Position numbers and translations under genes: made by a program
Notes under the pieces: model-generated
What the model was told of the DNA's origin: nothing
The model's input: only the letters and a program-made list of their open reading frames with translations
The model's database searches: none
NCBI GenBank assembly: GCA_965235115.1
Contig: OZ249436.1
Coordinates: 21,144,001-21,208,000 of the forward strand
Reading direction: 5' to 3'
DNA: 64,000 nt
Origin: Laetmonice hystrix
Lineage: Eukaryota
Shown here: piece by piece, positions 39,901 through 50,880 of the stretch
How the letters are laid out: the number at the start of each line of letters is the position of its first letter
How positions within the stretch are numbered: the first letter of the stretch is position 1

Positions 39901-42900
39901 CTGGGTACCTCCCGAGGCTGCCGGGGTGGATATAGGTTTTACATTGTCACTTTCACTTTCACTTGGTTTTTGTGTTTCAATCTTTGTGCCTGATTTACCT
40001 GTGTCAACTTCTGAACCTTTATCCGTCGCAGCCAACCTGCTGCTTTCTACTGCAGCTTTCTCCGAGTTGGCACTACTTTCTAATTTTGAGTCTACTCTTT
40101 TCCCTAATCTGTCTTTTATACTCAATTTTGGCTGGACGTCACATTTAGTGGACTTAGACTCTAATTTTACTGTGGATCTAGAGAGTAAGTCCATAGGCTT
40201 AGAGTCTGTAGGTTTAGGGCTAGTATCCGACACAGTATTAGTAGACTTTAGTTGGGGCACAGTTTCATTACATCCAGAAGACACTTTTCCTGTTGACTTT
40301 TCCTGAGGAGGAACCCGTTGGGGTTGGCTTGGTTGGCACGGTACAGAATGTTCAGGAGATGCTGGTCTTGGTGGAGTGCAAGCTGGGGGAGGGACTCGAG
40401 TGTAATCTGGCTTGGCCATTGCAGTCACACTAACTGTCTCCACAGCCTCAGTCCCCACATCTGCTTTCTCCATCTCAACTTGGCTTGTCTCAGCCTCATT
40501 ATTGACTGAAACTGGTTCTGTGGGGGTTGGATTCTCTCCAGGGGAAGGAGATGTGGGAGATGGCAGATCGGAAGATGTCTTTTCAACATCTTTGTCTTCT
40601 AGATTTGTACTTGTGTTTTCGGTTTTGTCTTCATTTTCATCCGAGTTGTTCCCAGACTCTTCAGCGGAGGAGATAGAAGAACTGCTGTCTGATTTAGTAC
40701 TTTCACTGTCAGAGTCACGGTCACTTTCCTCATCGCTCGAATCAGACTCAAATCGACTGAATCTTGCTGGCACTGTTATGAAGGAAGAGATGAAGATGTT
40801 TGTGTGAAAATATAAAAATTTATAGTAAATATTGCATAACTTAGCATTATAGGAATCCTGTCAATTTTTGTAGAAAAGCATACTTATTAGGTTTATGGAT
40901 TCTTCAATAATTCTGTTTTAGGATGACATAGTTCTACTGCATTTAGATATCAACTCCACAACAAAATTACATGTAAATGATATCCACCCGAGTTATATAA
41001 AGTTTACAACTCTTCATTATTCTGTTCTTACCTTTTGGTTTTTCAGGTTTAGATACTGTTTTCTCTAGTCTGAAAGAACTGGCCCACTTGTCTTGAGGCA
41101 TAACTAAACTTGTCTTGACGACATTTGCTGGCTCTGTAGTCTGTATCACAATCAAATTACTCGGCCTGTTCTGTCCCGGAAACTGTGGACGCCCAGACCC
41201 TTTGGTAAAGTTACGCTGTGCTCTGTAAGGTTGTCGGTGTGGAGAGCCCTGCCTTGGTACTGTTAACTCACGCAGTGGTGAATTCCTTGGACCAATATTA
41301 TGTACTGTCTCTTTTAAAGGAACTTCTAGTTGTACTGGAGAAACCTGCAAAACATAAACTCTAGCAATGTTAAAGTGATCGAAAACAACACTGAACCTCT
41401 CAAACGTAATATTGGAAAGAAAACTATTTTTTCATTAAACCACGTTACGTACTACATGGTGTACATCTAATGTTGACAATTTTCCTATATTTCCCCCAGA
41501 CGCATTCAACATCAAGCAGAAATGCTATCAAAGATAATACCTGCCTTTAGGTGAGAAAAGAACGATAATCTAGACACAGATGGGGGTGTCACGAGTGACC
41601 GGGAACTAATAAAAGTTAGAATGCTCAGGACTAGTATAGTCAAATGATATCATTCAGGTTGGACAGAACCAGTTTAGGCTTCTAAAAGTGCACGCACTCT
41701 GATCCCTTTTTAAAATAAACCAAAAAATATCTGACTAAATGTCCCGGTACATTTGAACATGGAATGTTCCAACCTGAATGTTACTATGCTTGACTCTCGG
41801 TTCATGTGAAGGTTTTTTTCAATTCCCGCTGGAGCTCCACCACAGGTTTCTAAAAATTACTAATTTATTATTTAAGACATACCTATATTGGATGTATATA
41901 CCCACAGACTGAATTTAACCTGTAAATTATTATGTAAATCCATTTATTTTAAGCCCTTCACGTCCAGTCAGTGAAACAAAACTTGAATATGAGCTTACAT
42001 GTATAGGTTTCTCTCCCGATGGTTGCTTCTTTGTCTTCAGCGCTGCTAATCGCAGAGCTTCCAGATCACAATCTTCTTCCGTTTTCTTCGAGAGAGGCAC
42101 TGGTGGAGCTTTCTGAAAAAACAAATGTGTGTGAGCCTAAGTTGTTTTTATAATCTCTTTTATTGTTACAAGGATAATATAATATGCGTTCACCAGGATT
42201 TGTGCAATTTTTCTGTGTATTTACACATAATATGAAACTGGCAGTTCCGGGACACAAAATTCAAATGTATTACTGCACCTTTTACTTTCCACTGAAGACC
42301 TCCTAAACTTCCGGAAGTTTTTACACAGCACAGGGCTCGAAATACTTTTAAAATTTTGATTCGCAATAATTAATAGAGTTATTTGGTTTGTAGAAGCAGT
42401 AATACTAATTATTAATAGGCAATATTTTGCGACTCATCTTTTAATTTGATTTGCAATAGACTGATTTTGGCATGCAAATTGCGATGTGAATCTGGTTAAT
42501 TCAAGCCCTGCAGCAAAACTTACTGTTTTCATAGAAGCCAGGACAGCATTTCGTAGCGCTGCTAAATCTTCTTCCTGCACATACACAAAGAAATAATACT
42601 TCATCTGATCCTGTTTATCAGCACTATGAACTGTAAAATTGCACAAAGTAACTAAGCCTTGGGTCTTGAGTAAACGCCATCCAAGTCAAAGGGTCAGCTG
42701 GCTGTCCTATTGACTTCTTTCCTGACATTCATTAGATAGTGCATTATTGCTGTGCCAACATTAGGCTACCGCCCCTTCCTTTTGAACTGAAATGAGCTTA
42801 GGACCATTCAGTAGCTCACGTACATCATTTTAAAGTCTCAGTGATACCTTTTGGGCAACAACTTGGAGATGCGGAGGATGACCTCCCCCCACTGTCCAAT

Positions 42901-45900
42901 TTGGAAATGAGGAAGCAAAGTCATGCCTTGGGAAGTTATGCCTTCCTGTGCATAGAGCATCAGCTGTGGTGGTCAGAATTAAAACTAATATTTTAAGGAT
43001 CAAATACTTAAAGAATGCTAAGCTCGTTCACAAAACTCTTATAATATCGCCAATAGCTGTCCTCTACGTCTTGCTGATCTGGGATGACCATCACCCCCAG
43101 AGGAGTCACAAAACTCTATAGCGGCGATGGCCATCCCGGATCAGTTATTTCGGTTTCGGTTATGCAAACAAAATTGAACTACGAGTTACGCAAGCCAATA
43201 TACGAGAACGGTTTTTGTCAGACATCATCCAATAAGAATCCAGTATTGCAGTCACATGACCCATCCATACGCAGGCAGAATAACTACTGCCTTTTTTTAA
43301 ACAAATATGTATTCTTGGATGCCGACACCCAGACGTGGGCTAACATCCAGCACGCACGCCAGCAGGTGCCGTGGCACCACGGCCAGTTCTCACACCTAGC
43401 CGGCCACACAGCAAGCACTAACTGCTAAGCCTGGCGACCAGGCGATGGTCATAGGGTACATATCAACTGAGTGGGTGGCACATTCCGACTATCCCTCGGT
43501 TCATTCCGACTAGGGGTACATTCTTGCAGCGGTACACTCCAGGGATCGAAATTGGCACCTCCTAACCTGGGGCAAATTTTAGCCCCTTGGTATATGGGAA
43601 AAGGATGGGACCAGGGGCTATTCTCCAGGACCTGGGCCACATGGGGCAGATAACAATGTGCAGGTTCTTGTGGTAAGAACTGAGTGTCTTGAAACAGGAA
43701 GGGACCTGGCGATATTTATAGTGTCAGACACTAGCTGAAAATAGAGGGGCCAGGGGCTTTTTACTGGGGACCATGCGCTAATAGCGCCGAGGCGCCAGGT
43801 TATTTCCATCCCTGACACTCTGAAACCTAGCCTCTAACATAGGCCGTGTGTATACACGGCCTATCCTCTAGCGATCGGGCTACGAGACCAAACGTTCAAC
43901 CCGCAAAATGAATGCGCGTCCGCACCTCTTCCATCACTTCAAATAAAAGATTGCCTTTACCTTCAGCTACTGAGCCCAATGAACTTACTTGGTGTTCCTC
44001 TAAGCAACAGATTCGGCCAATTTTCCAAACCAAGCGACCACTTTCCATAGTCTTACAACCGACGCCATTTCTGTAAATTCACATCCGGGGTCAAGCTCAC
44101 GAAGGGAGCGACCATTTCAGACGTTGGCTATTAGTTTGGCGCCATAATGGAGGAATTGCTCTTTGGTCTAGAATAATGAATGCTCCCCTGCTGGTCGCCA
44201 GTGCACATGTTTTGAACATGCGCAGTAGAACAAACAGTATGGTGGCTAACGGCAGTGAACCAGCGCGATTCGGAATTTCGAAAGTCTGGTTTATTAAAAC
44301 TTTGGGCAAAAATCCTCGGAAAAGTGTGCAGCAGAGGAACAGAAGATGGGCTGCGTTAGAATTGACACCTCAACTGGCAGTAGTTACGATGGATTTTGGA
44401 CAGCGAGTGATTAACATAGGAGGTAGGGTTTTTCGCGTTAACGCTGTCCGTCCCTATACACTGGGGGGACGATACTCCGTCTATCTGAAACCACATAGCT
44501 CTTCACAGAGTGTCCCAAGAATCGCTGGGCATGGAGAACTCGACAACTAAACGGTGTTCTGGAAGACACCGTCAGGGTTCTCGCCAGAAATTTTTGACAG
44601 CGTAGTGGTCAAACCAAGCGCAGAGCCCTGGTTAGGGGTACAGGGTAGGCCGCCCTACAAATGAGTACGATTTCGACATGTTCGAACGACATTTTACCAG
44701 TATTCCTGTGGGTTCTGTTGAATTTAGACAAGGCTTTACCGCTCCGCTGTTCAAGAGACAACGTAACGGCCTAATAGACAGCGTAATTTCCCTGATAGAC
44801 AGCGTAGCGGCCCGCTACGCTGAAAATGGCTGGCGAGAACCCTGACCGTTCATTACATTTAGAAACTGGGGTGCGTTTCACGAATGAAAGACATCTTTAG
44901 CAAAGAGTCAAAGACGTCTTTAGCAAAGAGTCAAAGACGTCCTTGGAAAGACATCTTTGCAGGGCCAATGTTAAAGAATAGGTGGTTAGTGAAACACCCG
45001 TCGCCCCAAAGACCTCTTTGGCTCAGCGACCATTTCAAAGACATCTTTCGGGCTTAGTGAAACGCACCCCTTAACTACTCCCATTCCATGCTGTGTGGGT
45101 GGCCTGGCCTGGCCCTGGTTTTTAGTTTGCAAACCAAGCTCCTGGCTCCTAAAGACAAATCTGTGCGAGTTTTGTCCGTCACTGTCGTTATGTGTATGTA
45201 CCCTTGAGACACCTGGGGTGCGTTACACAACAGGCTGTCATGCGTAAAATAGTCGTAAACTGTCAACTTATGACAGAAGTGTTTCACAACCCCTGTCGTG
45301 TATTAAAACCTGTACGACGGTGTCGTAAACCAAGGCCAAAATAAAGACATCTCTGACCCTGTAGTTAAGCTGTGCCGTAACGAAAATTAATCAATCCATT
45401 TATCTGGCATGTAATTACTGATGTTTTCGGCTCCATATGGCCTCTTTTAAGAATTGCACGGCCAAAAATCTCTAAAAAGCAAGGCGGATCGCTGAACCCG
45501 TCCGAATCGCGCAATGGTCGCACAACGTTGCACGACTTGTCGCACAACAGTCTCATGGTCGCAGGACACATTTTCCAGGATGCATGACTGATCGCCATTT
45601 GTAGCTAGCACTCGTGCGACTGTTGCATGACCTCCGGCTGATCATGCGCGATCTTTCAGTCACACATGATCGCACACGGTCGTGCGATGGATCGTACGAT
45701 GATGGATCGCACGACCGTCTGCAACGGTCGTGCGACGGTCGTGCAACAGACTGTGATAATTTTGGTTGCACCAAGTCGCCTCTGAATTTTTGACATGTCA
45801 AAAACCCAGCCGCGACCGGTTAGATGCGCTTGCAGCCCTGCAACTGGGACGATCGCTCGCCCGACACCATGCGAGTGGTCGTGCAACAGAAGCGATTTTC

Positions 45901-48122
45901 TGTTGCAGGTGGTCGGGAACTGGTCGTGCAACAATTGTGAAAGGGGCTTAAAAACCGGACCCTGGGAGCGGACAACAGTCGACCATAATCGGCAACCACG
46001 CACACTCGACACTGTCCCGATTTTGGTCAACTGCCGTTGAGCCGCTTGGACTTGGTTCCCGATTCGTTTTTCGAATCAGTTATGATTTGCTCCAACTGTA
46101 GTCGGGAGCCATCGGGAGCAGTCGGGAACAAAGTTACCGACTCGAGTTAGGCAAAATCGGGAAGGTGTATGGCAGGCTTTAGGCCTACTCAACTAGGCCT
46201 ATTATAATATACTACCGCATGTGCCATGTGTATACTCAACACAGACTCACTGTCAACCGGTCACCTGTCTTCAGACAGTTACAGTATTTTTCTTTTGAAA
46301 TGCACGGGCATCAGGGGTAACCCAATTACTTTGACAATGTCCCTAAAGAGAAAAGTTGTATAGTCCTCTACAGGAATCGAACCCCGGCCCCAAGATTATG
46401 TGAGTAGGGTGTGCGTCCATTTCGGCCGCCTGCCGGTTCGGCCGCCCATATACTGATATAGTTAGGGTGGTGTAGGCCTGGTACCGTGGTATCCAGAGGA
46501 GTCTGCTACGCGAGGAGTGTGCTACGGTATTTTCAGAGGAGTGTGCTACGCCACCTCTGCCGGGTCGGGCAAGGTTTTGGGGCGGCGTGGTGGGAGTGGG
46601 CGGCCGCGGACTGGAGCCGGGGCCGACGGGTCTGGAGGGGAGGGTGGTGCCGGAGTGGAGCCGTGACCGGCGGGCGGCGCGGTGTGGAACCGACGGGTCT
46701 GGAGGGGGGGGGGGGTGCGGGCCGACGGGTCTGGAGGGGAGGGTGGCGCCGTGACCATCGTCACCTCGGCTGCCGAACGTGTCACTGAGTGGCAGCCCGA
46801 TGGCCGGCAGTGCTCTGAGAGGGACGGCGGCGTCACGGTTCGCCCCGCGGGAGGGAAGGCTGCCGCTGGCACACACTCATTTTGAACTCGCGATTTTTCA
46901 TAAACTACGCTACGCATCGTTATCACTATCAGACTTAGAGTAGTCGAGGGTCTACAACATAGAAATGTTCATGCTAGTGTAAAGTTCGAGTAAATAGCAC
47001 CCCTCCTTATACGCGTGTTAACGGGCACAGGGTCCGGGGAGGGGCCGCGGCGGCCCGGCTGAGTCGCGCATAGCACAGAACGAGTAGCACACTCCTCGCG
47101 TAGCAGACTCCTCTGGCAACCGGTACCGTAGGCCTATAGCTATACACTACAGGATCTGGCCGCCAACAAAACGGCTGCCAACTCTATTATTTTTATTCCG
47201 TTCTCTTTCTCTCTCTCTCTCTCTCTTATGTACTCGACCAGGGCTTAGGCAGTTAAAATTTGGCCTACGGTCAGTGTTCCCGCCGGTGTCGCGGTCTCAG
47301 ATCTCCGTGGTCTCAGATCTCCGAGAGGTTAGCTGCATCGCTGTGTGTTCTAGTCTAACTATCCGAAATATCAGCTCTCAGTTGAGTCACACGTAATAAC
47401 TCTCATCTCCTCTACGATACTTGGTTTACAGTTTACCTATCCAGACTCTCCTTTAGTCTTGTTTAGAAGAAAACTCCACCACCCATCAGGTAGCAGACGA
47501 CCGGAGGTGTGAGCCCAAACAGCGACTCGCGCATGCTCACTTAGTCAGATTCAGCATCTAAACAATAGGAAACCATGCCCCCGGAGTTCTGAGACCAACG
47601 GAGATCTGAGACCGCGACACCGGCCCGATCGTCCGGGTAGCATCGTCCGTAGGCGTAGGTTATTGCCTCTCGCAGTCTCGGCGGCCGTTTGCTGGCGGCC
47701 GGATCCTGCTCAGCTGTGCCACCATTACTTAGCATTAGGGTTAGGGTCAGGGTTGGTTTAGGGTTAGTACAGACAGTGTGAGTGACCAATAGCACCGCGG
47801 CGGCGACCCGTGGCAAAGCTTGTCATACGGGCGGCCGAACCGGCAGGCGGCCGAAACGACTGGCGAGCGTGAGTAGACAGACAACTACTCACAGTCACAG
47901 TAACGAAGTAGTCAAGACTCAAGCTCAAGTCAAGGACAAGGAACATACGTTCGCTTTTCAAGAATATATTCGGTAGTGATGCAAATACGACATTTCTACT
48001 ACATGAAGATATATTCAGTGTTTCAGAGTAGACTCTAAATATCAAAAACAATTCTTAAACATGAACAAATCCTGTTTTAAACATCGCTGTTCAAAAAGAT
48101 CCCCTACCTCGTCGTCCGCCAT
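36823..48122 (-). CDS. Uncharacterised ~1260-aa Ser/Arg/Glu/Lys-rich, largely disordered protein with RLG repeats and a C-terminal coiled coil (probable nuclear RNA-processing factor)
   Basis: Minus-strand join 48122-48108, 42574-42524, 42112-41999, 41344-41032, 40772-38388, 38088-37318, 36956-36823 = 3783 nt, all GT-AG, phases 0,0,0,1,1,1, single terminal TGA. Includes the 802-aa and 257-aa ORFs of the track. Confidence 0.85.
37318..38088 (-). CDS. Uncharacterised gene exon with ~7 xxRLG(V/I)WS-type repeats
   Basis: ttttgtcacccag|...KTL G|gtatgt; 771 nt, phase 1-1. Confidence 0.9.
38388..40772 (-). CDS. Uncharacterised gene, giant 2385-nt exon (acidic/Ser-rich then RS/RE/RD-rich)
   Basis: Open for 795 codons; acceptor cataacag, donor G|GTTGGT; phase 1-1. 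Confidence 0.93.
41032..41344 (-). CDS. Uncharacterised gene exon (contains SNLIVI, LVMPQDKW)
   Basis: ttttgcag|...KPEKPK G|gtaaga; 313 nt, phase 0 to 1. Confidence 0.87.
41999..42112 (-). CDS. Uncharacterised gene exon (KAPP...EEDCDLEALRLAALKTKK...IH)
   Basis: tttttcag|...|gtaagc; 114 nt. Confidence 0.88.
42524..42574 (-). CDS. Uncharacterised gene exon (EEDLAALRNAVLASMKT)
   Basis: gtgcag|...|gtaagt; 51 nt, phase 0-0. Confidence 0.85.
44057..44068 (-). CDS. Candidate alternative first coding exon B (MASV)
   Basis: aaATGGCGTCGGTT|GTAAGA, phase 0; ETS-like CCGGATGT, NRF1-like ACTGCGCATG and a CTCF-like motif lie just upstream. Confidence 0.45.
44573..44844. mobile_element. hAT-type MITE with 5-bp TSD
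   Basis: ACCGT|CAGGGTTCTCGCCAG ... CTGGCGAGAACCCTG|ACCGT. Confidence 0.88.
44868..45070. mobile_element. Harbinger-like MITE
   Basis: TIR GGGGTGCGTTTCAC / GTGAAACGCACCCC; internal AAAGAC(A/G)TCTTT repeats. Confidence 0.82.
45365..46180. mobile_element. Probable truncated non-autonomous DNA transposon(s) with GGTCGTGC/GCACGA subterminal repeats
   Basis: CpG-rich with many TCGTGC(A/G)A motifs; right end ...GTGTATGGCAGGCT|TTA is Harbinger-like; a matching left TIR was not found. Confidence 0.5.
46488..47121. mobile_element. Merlin-like MITE with 8-bp TSD
   Basis: GGTACCGT|GGTATCCAGAGGAGTCTGCTACGCGAGGAGTGTGCTAC ... GTAGCACACTCCTCGCGTAGCAGACTCCTCTGGCAACC|GGTACCGT; GG termini; GC-rich interior. 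Confidence 0.8.
47283..47623. mobile_element. Unclassified MITE, CCGG termini, 4-bp TSD
   Basis: CCCG|CCGGTGTCGCGGTCTCAGATCTCCGT ... ACGGAGATCTGAGACCGCGACACCGG|CCCG. Confidence 0.85.
48108..48122 (-). CDS. Candidate first coding exon A (MADDE) of the uncharacterised gene
   Basis: acaATGGCGGACGACGAG|GTAGGG, phase 0, giving MADDE-EEDLAALR; lies in CpG-rich promoter-like DNA. Confidence 0.65.
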
Positions 48123-49199
48123 TGTGTATTTGCGGAGTGCGCGTGCTCGAACCTTAAACTCTGCCGGACTTCGGTGCGGTTTCGGCGGGGTGTTTAGTTT
48201 TTTTTATGTTTTTTTCTTCGTCTCTCTTGTTTCTTTATTGTGTCAGTTGCGTATTAAAATGAACAAACGCTTTACTTTTCCAAAATCTCCAAGATCGCTC
48301 TGTTTTGGGGCTTGGAGGGGTTGTCGTGAAAGCATCTGGCCAAAGCATCTACAACAAACTAACCGATCAACATTATTTTTTTGATTCATTGGATGCCTAA
48401 CATTTCCATATGGGCAAGGGCTAGGCCTACAGTTTTCTATAGACAGAGCGTGATAGAGATAGAAGGCCACTTCCTCTTTTTTTAGCGAGGGGAGGGAGTA
48501 TACAATTAAGAAAAGAACTAGCCTACTAACATAATAGATAGCCTAGGCATAGCCATAGATAGATCTGTACTGAGAGAGTCTATGGCTGCATAGTCTACTA
48601 TCATCTACTGATCTAGATCGATTCTATGCATGGTTTACCATGAATTATAAACCACAGTGTCCTCAGGCATAGACCTGTAATGGGTCTCTTCACAGCATGA
48701 TCCATGATTATGACTATGTTAGCCTATAACAAATTATAAAGATCATTCAGTGAGAGTTTACATTTCTCCAGTAGTAACGTTAATTAGGCCCTATGCTATG
48801 TCTATGACGTGGTCAATGGGTGTACCCCTATACACTGAAATTTGGTCGAACGTAAAGAGCCATAGCTCTGCCTTTATTCCTAACCCTTAATCCCGGTCCC
48901 TACTCCTCCCAATTAACATATATCCGGATTCCCTATCCTATCCCGTAACCGAACCCCTTCCCCAAAAATGTTGTGGGGAAGTTAGCCTAACATTAGATCT
49001 ATCATGGGCGGCATGGCCATGCGCATGGCCAATGATGCCGTCAATGATTTCGATATTCAGTAGCAGAGCAGATCCAGAGTGGGGTTGGATATTAGCCCCC
49101 CCCCCCAACCATTTTTCTGAAATCTTGTGAAGAGTTTTAAAATACAATGTATATGGTGGCCAAAAACGGGGCACGTCATGTGAAGGTCAGGACTACTCC

Positions 49200-49300
49200 A
49201 TCGATTGGTAGGGCACCTGCTTCGCGCACCTGATTGGTCCAAGGTTTTGGGGGCCATATTTGAATCAGAGAAGAACACACGGATTTTAAACAAGTCAGGT
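49200..49300 (+). promoter_or_regulatory. MELK promoter: two inverted CCAAT boxes, E2F-like site and CDE/CHR element; probable non-coding exon 1 ending at 49298
   Basis: ATTGG at 49204 and 49233, TTCGCGC at 49221, GGGGGC-cata-TTTGAA (CHR 49259-49264), donor CAG|GTAGGC at 49299 (a second possible donor GTAAGC at 49549). Confidence 0.65.
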
Positions 49301-50509
49301 AGGCTAACTCCTCGGGTTTCTTCACAATATTTAGAAACCAGACGCAGCAAACTTTTAATAATAACGCGTCCTTATCACAAAGAGCTTCACCTTATGCGTG
49401 TCATTTCGGTTAGTTCCTGACAACTAGACCGGAGGCTAGCGTGAAACTTTGGCCAGGCCTAGATCTAAGTTGGGCCGCTTTACGCCCTCGGCGAGACGGT
49501 CAGTGGCAGCGGGTCAGCGGCAGTGCTGCCAGGGTCAGCGGCGGCAGAGTAAGCCTGTCGGGGCGAGGGACCGCCACCTCTGCACTCCGTCCAATTAACA
49601 ACCAAATTATTTGATCAAGACTAATCTTTTTTAGGCCTTTTTGAGTATGTCTCTTTACTACTTTAGTCTAGCCTCTACTAGTAGTCGTTACTAGTCTACC
49701 CTGTCTCTAACACAGCAACAGTCTCTATACAGACACTAAGTTACGTTAGACTAGTCTTCACATTTCTCATGAGTCACTCATGACATGATGCTCATGCTGG
49801 CACACACTGTGACACAGTCTCACTCTTAGTCCAGTCTCAGGCACTCACTGAGTGCCTGAGACTGTAAGAGTCAGACTCGGTCAGTGTCACTGTGGTCCCA
49901 TCACTGTAGTGTCGCTGTCACTAGTAGTACTAGTAGTGTCAGACTCACTGAATCAGTTCATCAACGTCACACTGTATCACTTGCTGACAGTGGGTTTGAA
50001 CTGCAGCCGGAATCTTGGGCTTCATACAAATCCTTTATTTTAAAGGAATTTCCTTTAAATTCCTTTATTTTTATGAAAACCTTGAAAATTCCTTTATTTT
50101 TGTGAAAAATTCCTTTATATTTTTTTAGGGTACGGTAGCAAAAATGTTTGAACCTCATAAAATAACCCGTCATATCCTAAAATGCACAAAATTCCAACAT
50201 TTTGAAACACTAAATCGTAAAATTTTCCAGCAGCTGCACTTGCAAAATATCATCATTTTTATCACCGAAAATTGCACCAAATATTGCTTTAGTCACCAAA
50301 TTTACTTGTCTAATCAATCATAGCCAAGCCCAAGGCAAAGGCTATACCGTGCATTGAAATTGAAAACATAAGTTCGCCTTGGCTTTAAGTTTAACTTTGT
50401 TATTTGGTGAAGTAAGGTAACAACTAACATGTCGTTAGAGAGAAAGTACAGTATCTGGTGATATGATATGAGGAGTCTGATTTTAATTTAATAATCGTCA
50501 TGCTGAATT

Positions 50510-50880
50510 CATACCTGTCAACCCTTCCACATTCTGCGGAATCTTTCCGCATTTGAATGAGGAATTCCGCATTCCGCATTACTCTCTAAATATTATGGAA
50601 TCATAAAATTTACAGAATAAGTATAGATCCCTCCAAATACATGTTAAATCTCTCGCTCATGGCAGAGTTTCACTGGCAAAAAGATCGTTTATGGTCCCTG
50701 CCATATAATAAGATCTCTAGACTACGTTTAGTAAATCAGAGCTGTGCTTTCTGTCAGTAATGGAGAGGAAGAGAGAGAGATGGATAAAAGAAAGGGGGCC
50801 CATATTAGTTATTTAGAAAGAATATCAAAAGTCAATTTGGGATGATTCCGGATTCCGTCGACCAAATGTTGGCAGGTATG
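50510..50880. mobile_element. hAT-type MITE with 6-bp TSD (MELK intron 1)
   Basis: TGAATT|CATACCTGTCAAC ... GTTGGCAGGTATG|TGAATT. Confidence 0.85.

Noticed and set aside
39881..40807. Plus-strand ORFs of 141 and 131 aa
   Set aside because: Antisense shadows of the large minus-strand exon.
43989..44048. Alternative first exon starting ATGGAAAGT and ending CAA|GTAAGT
   Set aside because: Phase-compatible, but it lies downstream of an out-of-frame, better-context ATGGCG; cannot be preferred without transcript data.
46365..46400. GGTTCGATTCC B-box on the minus strand as a tRNA gene
   Set aside because: No cloverleaf or clear A-box; probably a decayed SINE head.
46343..46926. 177-aa and 126-aa Pro-rich ORFs
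   Set aside because: They lie in the GC-rich interior of a MITE; no transposase or other motifs.
47735..47767. TTAGGG repeats as telomeric sequence
   Set aside because: Only a few degenerate units; such repeats are internal to MITE families seen elsewhere in the window.
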